DNA of 64,000 nt from Tubulanus polymorphus (taxonomy: Eukaryota > Animalia > Nemertea). Each line of letters starts with the position of its first letter. Position 1 is the stretch's first letter. The notes under the pieces are model-generated. The model worked only from the letters and a program-made list of their open reading frames with translations, searched no databases and had not been told where the DNA came from. Position numbers and translations under genes: made by a program. Shown here piece by piece: positions 1 through 12,800 of this stretch. The stretch covers positions 2,666,001 through 2,730,000 of the forward strand of contig NC_134035.1 of the NCBI RefSeq assembly GCF_964204645.1. The letters run 5' to 3'.

Positions 1-967
1 TGAAGATGTAGCCGCGTATGATGCGAACGACGGTATCTCCTGTAACCATGGAGAATGATAAAGAGACTCAGCTATATACGTATCATGACTATACGTATAC
101 GACTTTATAAAAATATATACGAAAACGTCGTGTAGTTAAAAGAGCGAGGTCGCCGTCACTGTTCTCCCTACAGCTGCCCCGCGGGTGCCGCCTGTTCAGA
201 AGACGTTCTAACTCTCTATCCTTATACATTATTCGGTTGTTTTCCCGTAGTTAGAAATTAACGCGCGATATTGCGACCGTAAAGAGAATACCTGCGCGCA
301 ATTTATTTATGGGAAATTGACGCATCGGGAAATGAATATCATTAAGATTAACGCATACACACGACGCAATGCAGAAATGCAGAAACGTCGAACGTGTTTG
401 AGCTCGGAAACGTTGTTTTTTTTTTTTCGCGCAGAACCACGTTTCTCGTGAACGCACTCGACGCAGGGAAACGCCGAAACACTGATACCATCATGATCGA
501 TCACCAAAACATTGTTTCCTAAAACCTGCCTCTTGTAAACGCGCACGACTCAGGGGAACGCTCGGAAACCACGTCCTCTGTCGCCTGTTTCCTTGTTTCG
601 TTGCATCCATATTTACGTTGGGCTTAAACACTGCGGCATTTTTGTATCTCGTTCATATTTCATTCTCGGAAACGGGATGTAGTCGATCACTATTCATACC
701 CCGTAAAATCGTCTATAGTTTCCGCGGTATATATGAATGCATGAGGCTTTATTATGCACATGTTTCGTCGCGCATTCGTGTGCCGTCGAATTAGCCGCTA
801 ATGGCCGCGCCTGGGCTTCATAAATTCCTGCAAATATCACCTCGTATCATAGGAGTTCCGATGCGCATGTATCTCGCGTGTACAATTTACGTCGGGTCTG
901 ATTTCATTTCGTTCCCGTCGCAGACGACGAGAAACGCACGCCGGGGTAATCACAATTTGCAGATCGT

Positions 968-1022
968 TCTCTTTCTCTCTCTCTCTCTCTCTATCGCCCG
1001 GCGCGTGGAGAGAGAGAGAGAG
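968..1022. repeat. (CT)n microsatellite followed closely by (GA)n, an inverted pair
   Basis: A ctctct run at ~968-992, a ~15-nt spacer, then gagagagagagag at ~1008-1022. Confidence 0.8.
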
Positions 1023-1218
1023 TAGAAAGATGGATTATATGACTGGAATATAGACGAGATGCTCGATGCTGTATCGGGTTTCCACCTACTATTTTATTTC
1101 CCCGTCTCCTAAGAGAAGAATGCCGCCGCCGGCTCGAACGCTTTTATATACGATCCATATTCCCGACTCTCGGCTGTATCGCAAAAATAAAGTCTTTTTT
1201 CGTGTTCTTTGTTTTCAG

Positions 1219-4200
1219 CCTGCTGCCGGGGCCGTGAGCGATGACAATTCCAAGTACATATACATCGGCGTGGCCGCCCTGGCGCTGGTGCTGGCTGTCG
1301 CGCTGATCGCCTACTGTTGTTGGAGGAAGAAAAAGTGCTGCAAATGCTGCCGCGGAGGGAAAAAGGTAAAGAAATAAACGATGACCCGTTGGGACCTTTG
1401 GAAATCGCATTGTCAGTTCATGTCACGTATCCAATGATATTGCGAGCCGATTTCACCGTTTGTAGGATGTAGCGATGGAGAGAGTGAGAGTGAGAGAAAG
1501 CCTAAATGACTTAGTAGCAAGAGAACGGATTATGCCATCATCATTATCGGCTTTTGGAGCGAGGAGAGTCGAGTATACGCCGAGCATTGCAACTTGAACT
1601 CCTTCGCTATTATTGTATATGATTTCAAGAGATCAATCGTTGACAGCACGTAGAGTATCACTCATTCTCTCCATCTCTCTCTCTCTCTCTCGCACTAAAT
1701 GAGACATCACTACTCTCCAGTTACGGCTACAAACACCAGAACGCTGTCACGTGAACCTCCCCCTCCTCGGGGCTGTATCCGTTCGCGAACTCTCCATCAA
1801 CCGCAATCGGTTAACGAACCAAATATAGATGCGTACTAAACGGTTTCGAGATCATGCTGAATCTTATCATCGTCATCCAGAAAAACAGTTGTAATGTAAA
1901 AATAGAATGATCCATTTTTCGAATGATTTTTTTTCCTAAATATTTTTCATTTTTTCCGACGAAACGATTTGTTTTTGAGATCATTATCTTTTCGTTACTG
2001 GTTTTTTCTATGAAGATCAGATTTCGATTAACCTCGAAAACGTTTGAGTGATGAATAAATATAGATGGATTATTCATAAGCCTCTGCACTGTAGAACCCT
2101 TCAGTCTATCTGTCGTCAATTACGATTATAGTATATGACATGTTTATGTTTATCAATCATTCCATTCCTCAATCTTCGCAGTATGAAATGTATAGTTGAA
2201 AAAGTGAAAAGAGTAGAAATTGTAAATATAAATCATGTATTGGGAATACCGGATTTTGGGTCAGCTCATAGGCATTAGTCAGTAACTAGGCAATTCAAAT
2301 ATAATCAGGGACACACTAAAATTAGACAGAGTTGTGCAATCGTAGAGACGGGTCTCAAAATTGAATAACAACAGCAGAGAATCTTAACGAGTCATTTCAA
2401 TTGATTTCAGCATTACGTCCAGGCGCCGTTGGAAGAAGCTCCCAACACGCCCACCTACGTTCCGATGTCTCCGGTGGACGAACCGAACACGTGCACGAAA
2501 GATCCGATCGCCCAGGTCACGTCCAAGCCACGTCTACTCCGTCCAGCGGCTAACGGGCACTTGCCCGTCAATGATGAAGGTATTTATTGATGTATAGGAC
2601 CTACTCCGTGTCAGGGTTTACTACATTACTTCAAAATGAAAAGATACTCGTTTTTTCTGCGATAAATTCGGTTAATCAATTCAAATTATTGTTTACGCAT
2701 ATTTGAATATGTATATGTTGTTTACATAACTACATGCTACGCAATAACTTGTACAGACGGACCAAGTCAAAAAGGTTCTTTTTTAAAATCATTTTTTCAA
2801 AAAATCTTGGTAGGGTTTAATATCATAAGCTTTTGGTCGATATGTAAACAGCTTCCATCTTGGCCCGAGAGTGACTGGTTGGAATAATAAGGGAAAATGG
2901 TTATATTCGCGTCACAGTGTTAATACACCGCGCGCGTTGAAAATAAACATTAAAAAATTAAAAAAAACGGTAGGTCGAAATAGATTGGTGCGCTTAATTA
3001 ATTGCCCGTTCGCAAATTGACATCAGCCGGCGTCTGATAAAAAAAAGAAACCTCTTGTGTCAACATGGTCGCGCGTACTCCCTGAACCCCCGCTATGCAG
3101 CACAACAGATGCCAACGAAGTAAAGGCACATTTTCCTAGATTCTATCGTGCGCGATATAACAGTTGATATACAATATATATTGATTGAAAATATAATAAA
3201 TGCTCTTAGTTCAACATCGTAAGTTGGCGTTGGAGATTGCGTTACCTCGACGCTTGTGATGGCTTTGACGGATCATCAACACAATCGCTACGGCTATGTT
3301 TATTTGCACGTCGGTCTCGGTGTTTTCGTATCAGGTAATATCGGTGTAGAATCATACAGAGAGGTTTTTGTTCGCATGGGTTTTTTTTTCGTCGACTGAT
3401 CCCTGGCGATGTTTGGAGTCTTACAAACACGCAAATTCCCGACTCGGATTGTAACAGTAAGGCTGGAGCGTAAGTCTGCGCTTCGCAGCAATTTTATCGC
3501 GGAAAAGGAAGCTTTTTTTGGTGAATTGTTCCCGTGATAGACATTGTAACTGTTCTGAAACATGATTTGTCATAACAATAACCTATGGACAAATCATTCA
3601 TGTAATTCACGCTGTTAGTTGAAGTGTGCTTGGCTTTTGAATCAAAGAGTATCACCTTTCAGCACTTATTGGCATTCTTTTTGTGAAAATCAAGAACAAA
3701 CATTAACAAATTTTTTCAGACAAGAAGTGGCACTTATTAGTAGACTTGACTTGCTATAACCCATATCTGAAGAAGGGCATTTTCTCGAACAACATAATTC
3801 CAGATTGCTATTAGTTTTTGGTGATAGTGAACCCTTTAATGTTCAAACTGATGAGATTTCATTTTCTTACTTTCAGAACGTCCACTGTATTCCGGTGACG
3901 ACCTTAAGTTTATAGACGATGAATCGGAGCCGTCGGACACCGACGAATTTCCCCGACAACGGGGCGATTCCGACCCGCCAAAATCTCCGTATCTACCGTC
4001 GTATCCGATTCTTCCCGAGGGTCTCGAACTGCCGAAGCCCAGGGGTAAACCCCGACGCGATAGACCGCCCAGTATTCCGAAGTCTCCGCTTCCAGACGAC
4101 GACGAGCAGGAGAACATTGATCGGCCGCCGGAGTCGAGTGACATTCCCGGCGGTTACAATAACAACAACAACAACGATATTCCAAAACCCGATAGAAACA

Positions 4201-4937
4201 TTCCGATAAAAAAACAATCATCGAAAATACCAGACGATCAAATAGTGCCGCTGGAAGACATTCCGATTTTGTATTCGAAAGCGCCGCACGAAATCAATGA
4301 CGATAGCGGAGTCGTGTTAGCGCCGGACGATGAACCCGGACGCGACTACGAACTAACCGACTCGGACGATTCGGACGATTTGACGACCGACGCGCTGGAC
4401 GAGTTCGAACATTCTTCACCGGCGCACAACCCGAACCGATCGCATTCGCCGACCGATTATAACATTCTGGACGACGGTCCGACCGAACCGCGGGCGTACT
4501 TTCCCGATTACATAAACCCGGCGTTCGGCGGCGAGTCGGACGACGACCCGAACGATCAGTTTTTCGCCGTACCGATCACGCTCGACGACTGCGTGCTAGA
4601 AACGATTCCCGAGGAGAACGAAGAGTTGACGTCTCCGTGGGAGGAGATGATACCGACGGCGCCGTGGAACGTTGCCGGCGGTCTGCCCGCGTCGAAACAC
4701 GTGTCTTTCAATTTGCCTCGTACGCGCTGCTCGGACTCGCTGTCGTCCGAATCGCCGGAGATGGAACGGCGATACCGGCACGAAGGAAGCGATACGAGCG
4801 ATACGAGCTCGGTGACGTCGTCGGAGGACAGCGATTACGGTCTCGGTAGCCCCAATATACAACAGCATACACCGACCGAGGAACAACCCGGTGCGTTCAT
4901 TTTCGAGAACCAACTCGCCGTTGATCATAATAATTAG
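1219..4937 (+). CDS. Uncharacterised single-pass membrane protein, 3' part (TM helix, Cys-rich juxtamembrane segment, ~420-aa acidic/Pro-rich disordered tail); 5' exons not identified
   Basis: Exons 1219-1365 (tttcag|CCT...AAG|gtaaag, phase 0), 2411-2579 (tttcag|CAT...G|gtattt, phase 1) and 3877-4937 (tttcag|AA...TAG) join into one open frame of 458 aa that absorbs ORF 4245-4937. TM segment YIYIGVAALALVLAVALIAY is followed by CCWRKKKCCKCC. AATAAA at 5957. Confidence 0.8.
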
Positions 4938-5956
4938 AGTGAACCGTGTATCATTTTTCTTATCGGATTTTGCGTTACCATTACGACCATTATGACTAAA
5001 TATGGCGCCTCTCGCGAACTTCGAGCTTCCATTTCATCGGTATATTAAAATAAGTTCATCTTTGCATGCAATCCGATTAGATTTAGATTTTTAAAACGTT
5101 AAAAATACAGAATTTTGTAAAAAAAATCACCAGTGAGCTTTCGATCTAAATCCATAGATCTTCGACAATGTACTACACGAACACACGTTTCACAATTTAC
5201 TACATATGCATCGACGAAGATCCGTGGATTCGACTCGAAAGCTCTGGTCCGAGTTTTCTACGAAATTGCGCATTTTCGACGTTTTAAAAATCTTACTTTT
5301 TTGATTGGCATAATTCGTGTCCGATGATTTTTTTTGGACACAGAATAAGAATATATCCATCGCTTCGTTTTGATTAGAACTATACTTTTAGGTAGTCGTG
5401 TATAGATTTATTAGCGTATCCCGATAGCTGGTATATTCGTATAGGCGCTCTCGAGTCCGGTGCGATCTTCTGCGGATTGACTAAAATTCATTTTTATTTG
5501 TGTGTCTACGCTTCTTGGGGTACTATCAATTACGGGTTTCGGTTGTGCATCTTTTTTTACCTCAAAAAAAAAAGAAATGAACTCCCTCTACGATTTAGTT
5601 TTCCGTTCGTTTATTTTTTCTTTCAATGAAAATATATCGAAATAGGTTTAAATATGTATATATATATAAACGTACGTACGATGGGCTTATGGCGATCATA
5701 TGCTGCTTTGGTAGTGCGTTGATTAAGTCGTGTATTAAGGTACATCGTGTTCTCGTGGGTCGTGTCCGATATGAATTTAATAATTTTGTGATGTTCGTGC
5801 TGATGGCCCCGCGCGCGCACGTAGTGAATCGGTGCAGAGTGTAACTGTTTCATATTGTATGTATATGTATTACTATTATTGATATGCAAATTTAGTAAAA
5901 CCAATGTAATGATGATGATGATGATGATGATATATATATACTATATATCTTTGTTG

Positions 5957-5962
5957 AATAAA
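5957..5962 (+). terminator. Polyadenylation signal of the membrane-protein gene
   Basis: AATAAA about 1 kb after the stop codon, followed by a T-rich downstream element. Confidence 0.55.
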
Positions 5963-6819
5963 GGCATTTTCTTATTTACTTGATTGACTATTATTTCTGT
6001 ATAGATAAATGAAAGGCCCTTTAACCGAACCGAGTCACCCCTCAAAATTTGCAATACATCTGTCTTGTTGATACGACACTGCGCAGTTGCTCTAAACTTA
6101 TGTTATTCTGGTTCGTTGAGTGCGGCGTAGCAATCACGTATTCCCCCAGCGTTCGTTCAGATATTTACTCTCTCCCGTTGCTGTATATGCCACATTTGTA
6201 TGCAGCTACCTATTTAGAAGATACGGATACAGAGGTGACACATTATCAGATACAGTGAAGCCTCTGTCCTCGCTTGTCGGGTTGATAGCCGCCGAGACGC
6301 AGGAGGCAATCGAATCAAACCCTAGCAAGGTGTTCGTGACCATGGTATTTCCGGTCCTGGCAAGTGGGTTGTATCCACAGAGATCTCCGTCGCTCTACGA
6401 TCTCTGGTAGATTCTTGGTGAAGGTATTTGGAGAAAAGCTGATGCATCCAATTTGTGAATGACGACATTTGGTTTAGTAACAGTACCTTCTGACGTGTTG
6501 GCAGAACAATTGTCATCATCGCTCGCTTGCCAGGGTTTGAACGCCTACCGCCGAAGCTTACGTGTTGGCGTGAGACAGTTTTCGGCGGATGATAATCAAA
6601 CCATGGCTAGCGAGGACGAACAAATGCGAGATTAACATTGTAGCAATAAATTCTAAATTGAGTTGAATCGGTCCGTGTCCGTGCCCGCTGTCGACAGAGC
6701 GTTTTACGGATAACACGTCCTGATTTCCGGTTGTGATTTTCGGCGTTTGTAGCGATCAAAATACGTATATTCGAGAATTGGCAGTTTGAATCGGGAAGGG
6801 AAACGACTATTCGGTGAAA

Positions 6820-9800
6820 ATGGTGACTGTTGATCAGCTTTACGACTATTGCAATATTTTAGACGAAGCGAAAGACAAAATTTCAGAGGTAAAACATCGA
6901 TAGAATTTATCCCTCACACGAGCGACACCTAGCGGTGAGGCCGAGGGTGCCGGTGATGTCGAAATTTCATTTAATTATTCCCCTTTGTTTCACTTTCATA
7001 GAAATTCTAAGAAATGAACTCAACTGAATTCAACAATTAAGTCTGCTTCTCTAGGTCCCAAGCCTTCTTGTTCAATCGATTTTTTTAAAAGCGAAGCGCT
7101 GACGCTGTAACGAATAACATCAAATCGATCCCTGACTGACTGTGTGACATTAAACATAGACTTCTGAATTTTCGATCACCTGTCCTGTGTGCCGCTTGTG
7201 TTATTAAAGAATAGCGTTATGGTTAGGTTAGGTACATAACTAATAGGGACACCTAGAGAACAGTCGCTCCCTTCAATCTATCTATAGACCTCTAATTTTG
7301 ATAATGAATGATTAATTTGTCAAGTATGTGAAGCTTACAATGTATGTTGGCTCCTGCGGGCGACACTTTGAAGGGAAAAATTTTAGTTACTCGGTAGGCC
7401 TAAGACTATGTAATGATAACGAGGTCGTTCTTGCCGGGTACCGCTGTAGTAGTTGGATAATGATGTCTGTCTGTCAGGTTGGCCATTGACCTGAAAAACT
7501 TGGAAAACTCAAGACAAATCCAGGGAAAAAACTCGAACTTGGAATTTGAGAAATGTTTTTTTTTCTTCTATTTCGCAGCATGAAACTGAATATCTAGCGA
7601 TACTCGAAGGGGTCAAGGCCGGAAATCAACAGAAGAAACTCGCATCGCAGTTGATCGCGCGTTATTTCAAACACTTCCCGAAACTCGCCGAACAGGCGAT
7701 CAACGCGCACATCGACTTGTGCGAGGATGTCGAAGTTGAGGTAAGGAAAACTACGTTAAGGAAATAATATGGTTTACGCAGAGAAACCACAGAATTAATG
7801 GTTTACCGAGATAAACAGTACTGATTTAGGAGGAGTCTACTGTAATTTGGATATAAAAGCTTCCTCGAAATTTGAGTTCTTCTTCTCTAAAATATCAGGA
7901 ATGACTGATCTGGAGGCACCGTGACATGATTTTGATACCTTTGAGTTTAAATTGTGAAAATACTTATAAGGACCTCATATCTTCTCTAAATTTGAGAAAT
8001 TGCCGTCTTAAATTGGTTCTTGAATTTCCTAAAAAGAATTCAAAAGTCTATGTCTCATGTTTTCAATTTTGGTGCTAATTTTTACTTAGGGGAGCTTATT
8101 TCAGAGATACCTATTCCTTCAAGTAAATAACTCAACGATTCTAGTATTGGACTTCTGGCTGGCTACCGAAATTAGTTCCAAAAATGATCAGATAATGTGG
8201 CTAATATCGAAATAAGGATGATTTTCAAATTCTGAAGCTGAAGGTTTAATGGTTACCGAAAGAGAAAGAAACCGTGCTTATTTTCTACTTCCACAGATTC
8301 GCAAACACGCCATCAAAGATCTGCCGCACCTGTGTAAAGACATGCCGGAGGTTTTGTCTCGAATCGCGGACGTGTTGACTCAACTGCTGCAGTCAGAAGA
8401 TCAACAGGAACTGCTGTTGGTTCAGTCGTCTTTACTGACGCTGTTCAAAGCCGATATCAAAGGTAACGAAATGAAAAACCGATTCGATTTTACGAATCTG
8501 ATGTATTTGAGGAGATAACCTGCCGAAAAAAATTTCTTTTTAATTGGTGTATTTATTTTAAGCCTGTTACATTATTTTTAGGCCTATTACGTTTTGTTTA
8601 CTTGGTGTACTTTGTACTTAAGTACTTACAGAGCCATTAAAGATTGTAAAGATAGGCCAAAGATAGTCCAACTATCTGGGAAACAGGGAATATTCTTTTC
8701 TTTAAAGAAATTCCGGGAATAGTCAGAGAATTTTGTAAAACAGCTATTTGTTGAGATTGCTAGATCGCGTGTGAAACAGTAAAGGTCTATGTTTTACATA
8801 TTTGACTGTGTTAATTGATAGTCGATTCTTAGCAGATCTAGTCAGGAAAAAAGCATTTCGAAAAAAAAGCTAAAAGTTAGGGGAATTTGTTGGAATGGCT
8901 AGATCGCGCGTAAAATCATATAGTCTATGTCGTACGTATTTGACTGTGTTAATCGATTAGATTTTTAGCACGTGGAGTCAGGGAAAACAATGTGCATTTC
9001 GACAAAAAGCAAATCAGATAAAAGTGGCCACCGTGATTAATTGTTTCGAATATGTTTATAGAAGCGTTGACCGGGCTGTTTCAACAGATACTAAACGGAG
9101 ACGACGTCGTCAGAGATCGAGCCATCAAATTCCTCTGCAGGAAAGTACGATCGTTACCCGACGAGATCTTCACGAAGGAAGTCGAAGAATTGATTCTTAC
9201 AGAAAGTAAAAAGGTAAGACGAGTGTTCGTATGAGTACGTCGAGGACCTGGTTAGTGAAATAGGGTGTCGAAAGTCTGTAAAGTGTGCAATGGCCGACTG
9301 TTTTAACCTCTTGACAATACCAAAACTTTGTATATTTCTCGATATTGTTAGACGAGTGTTCGTATGAGTACGTCGAGGATCTGGTTAGTGAAATAGGGTG
9401 TCGAAAGTCTGTAAAGTGTGCAATGGCCGGTTCTTTTAACCTCTTGACTATATAAATATATCCCGCTTGGGAAATATGTAAGGATTTAATAGATGTTCTG
9501 GGAAATTTAATTTAAAACTTACAGGTCATGATTCAGGGATGTCATTGTTTCGCCATAGGGTTTCTTCCAGAATTTTTCTTGAAAATCCTCTTTACCAACC
9601 AGTCTCTATTACAATATTGACGTCCCTGAAGTACTATGGTTCACTGTAACAAGGCCCCATATCCATTTGGGGAACCCATAAAAATCTTGAGGGGGGGGGA
9701 ATTTTGAAGGATTCAGGTTGGTTGTTGTGGGAACAGTGGACTAGTAATTAATAACTGAAGTGGTAATGTTTATTGACATGTTGATTGCAGACAATCCAAT

Positions 9801-12800
9801 ACATAGGTTCCATCACTAACTTATGCCGTTGCTAGTACTTCATAACTTTAGTTTAATGTACTCATTCTATTCCTCTAAATCCAATTCATGTTTTTCTCAT
9901 AATTCTTTCAGATTTTACAAGATTGCACGGGAGAAGAATTTCACGCGTTCATGAAGTTGTTGTCCGGCTTGAAGATCACCGCGTCGGTGCAAGGTCGACA
10001 GGGATTGGTCGATATCATCGTCGAACAATCGGACCTCGATAGCGAATTCAACGTGAGTAGATTATTTAGAGAGCGTGAGATCTACGCAAATACAAGTACA
10101 CACTATACTAGACTTTGAGTGTTTGAAAGCAGTCATATTGTCACTTTGTCACCCGTTTCAAAGAATGTTTTAGACCTAAATATAAGGCTATACCTTGCAT
10201 TTGAAATTTAGGGGGGCTGAGAAACCTTTAAAAGGGGTAGTTATATAGGATATGACAGTAATATGTGGGAAAAGAGCACACTTGTCCCAAAATGCCCCTT
10301 CTGTCCCCTGTTAAATACGACCTTGAAATAGTGGTTGGTCCGACTATATCTTATAAAACCTCGACTTTAAAGGGATTTGTTTTTGCTGATATCGTAGTGG
10401 AATTTTTGTTTCTTGTTCACGTTGAAATTTGTTATTGAATGATTTTCAGCCGGCTGATCCGGATGGCATCGACAGACTCGTATCATGCGTAAAACAAGCT
10501 ACTCACTTATTATCGGTAAGTTCTGCTTTGTATGATACACCCTACCTCGACTGGGATTCAAAACTGATGGCATCGCTCGACTCACAGCCACAGCACAGGC
10601 CCAGTGCACAGGTTCACTGCACAAAAACTGTTATATTGTATAATCGCTGAGGCGAATTTCACGGATGAACTATAAATGGAAAAACCCGGGCTAATTTAGG
10701 CCAAAAAGAGGATTTATGATTGGCTGATAATGACATCATCTGAGCTGCGCACTCATGGGGCGTTTCAGTTTATATATATATATTCATGTTTTTTTTTTTC
10801 GTTTCAGAAAAATGTGCCGTCGTCGAAGTTCGTCGCGTATATTTGCGATCACGTTTTACCGAGTTTGTCAGACGTACCGAGCGTCGAAGGCACCGACACG
10901 CAGTTAGAAATGCTACGATTGTTCGCCGAGCTCGTTACGCATTGCGGCGATCTAGAAAAAGGCATCGAACGATTGACGACGATTTACGATAAGCTCTTGG
11001 TAAGTAGGGCGTTTCGTTGTATCGACTGACGGTTTTGGGGGGTTGTAGAAAATTTCATTGATTAAGGTTTTGAAAGAAAGCATATGCATCAACTTTTATA
11101 TATATTGTCACTGCTTCAATTTCGTCGCATCATTTCTGTGCAATTGAGAGAATTATCGAAACTGAAATTCTGCCCAGTTTCCAAGTTGATTTGTTAGATA
11201 AAAAATTCCAAATTTCAATCTGCAGTACAAAACCACCTGACCACCTCCCTTTAGACATTCGCCATTTCGATACAAACAAAGCCTTGATGGTCAAATTTAT
11301 GCTTTTGTTCTGAACACAGTGGGCGATCAGTTGTTGAAAGTGCGCAGATGAAAATGCATTAATATCGGTGTTTGTAGTGCATTTTCAATCAACAATGTCT
11401 TGGGGATGAAGTTCTGAACTCACATAAAGTGATCGGTTAGATATGTGATGGTTGCGGTATCCAGGCATTAGAATAGCTGAGACTGAACAAATTTTGACTG
11501 TTGTACATGAGTTCAACCGTAAATCCAAAAACTATAAAGTAAACTTTATCCTGTATGCAAATTGATACCAAGGTTAAATGAGGCTATGTTTCATGTTTTC
11601 AGGAGTATATGCCTTTACCACCGACCGATGAGAAAGAGAACGGAAACTTAGACAGCACCGACGAACCGAAATTCCAGTTCTCGCAAGTCGAGTGTTTGAT
11701 GTACGCTTTCCACCAGATCGGACGCAAGCATCAGGAATTTCTAACGGCCGAGGCAAACGTAGATCGTTTAAAAGATTTTAAACTCAGGTACGTTGATGCG
11801 CGTTTCATCCGATTAAATCGAGAAAAAAATGAAGAGAAATAAGACTTGACCGGAATGAGGAGGTCTAAAACCTATCGCACGCTAGTTGCTGTTACAAATA
11901 CCGGGACCCGGTTCCACAGTTGTGAGTTAGAGTTAACTCTGAGTTCAAATTAGTTCATTTTCGATGAGTTAACTCAGAGTAAAATCTTGACACAGAACTG
12001 TGGAACTGGGTGCTAGGTTCTTACAGATCAGGGAAATCGGGACGTTCTGACTTGTTCTTGAAAATCGTACTCGTCGTTATTGCGCGACAGAATTCAGAGA
12101 TCATATACGTGCGCTGTGTGTTTATTCGTGTTCTTATTTCAATCTTTTTATATTTGCAGATTAAATTATTTCGCGCGTGGATCTCAGAGTTATTTCAAAC
12201 AACTGAAAACTGCGTTGACCGGAAAATCGGCCGAATCTCTCAAATCGGACGAGGTACGATCGTCATCGATACAATCCTTTCGGTTCGCGTGACTTTTCAT
12301 GTTTATTACAATCAAAGTTTGTTTCACATCGACGAAACGTTGTTCGTATTGTGTAACAGGGTCCCTACAACTCCTTGAATCCTTGAAAACTCCTTGATTT
12401 TTGAAAATATTTTTCAAGGTCCTTGAAAATCCTTTAATTTTGAGAAATATCCATAAACTCCTTGAAACTCCTTAAATTCTGGGAAAGTCCTATTAAAAAT
12501 TTTCAAAAGGTCCTTTTCAGAAGACAGTGTATTCTATTATTCTTCATTGTGTGACTTGTGAGTGAAAGTTGTTTCACTTTGAGATTTAAAACATTTAAAC
12601 ATGTAAAACCATAACGGCACACACAACAACTGATCAAAATTTGAGAAAAACATGGATTTTGTTTTTGAATTTTCGACTTTTTTTCCTTATATATGACTGC
12701 GTAAACCTCCTTGAATTTTGAAAATTACTCCTTAAAAAGTCCTTGAATTCTGGATACCAGGAATTGTAGGAACCTTGTGTAACTGTGTCTGATATAAAAT

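Noticed and set aside
1-330. Upstream exons of the membrane-protein gene (e.g. 1-32, 174-214 CPAGAACSED)
   Set aside because: No phase-consistent chain of strong splice sites to exon 1219 could be established.
3836-4928. Antisense and alternative-frame ORFs over the membrane-protein last exon
   Set aside because: Shadows of a GC-rich coding exon; the + frame is supported by splice phases.
9225-9285. Hammerhead ribozyme (atgagtac...gaggac...gaaa resemblance)
   Set aside because: No CUGANGA core and no compatible stems I-III.
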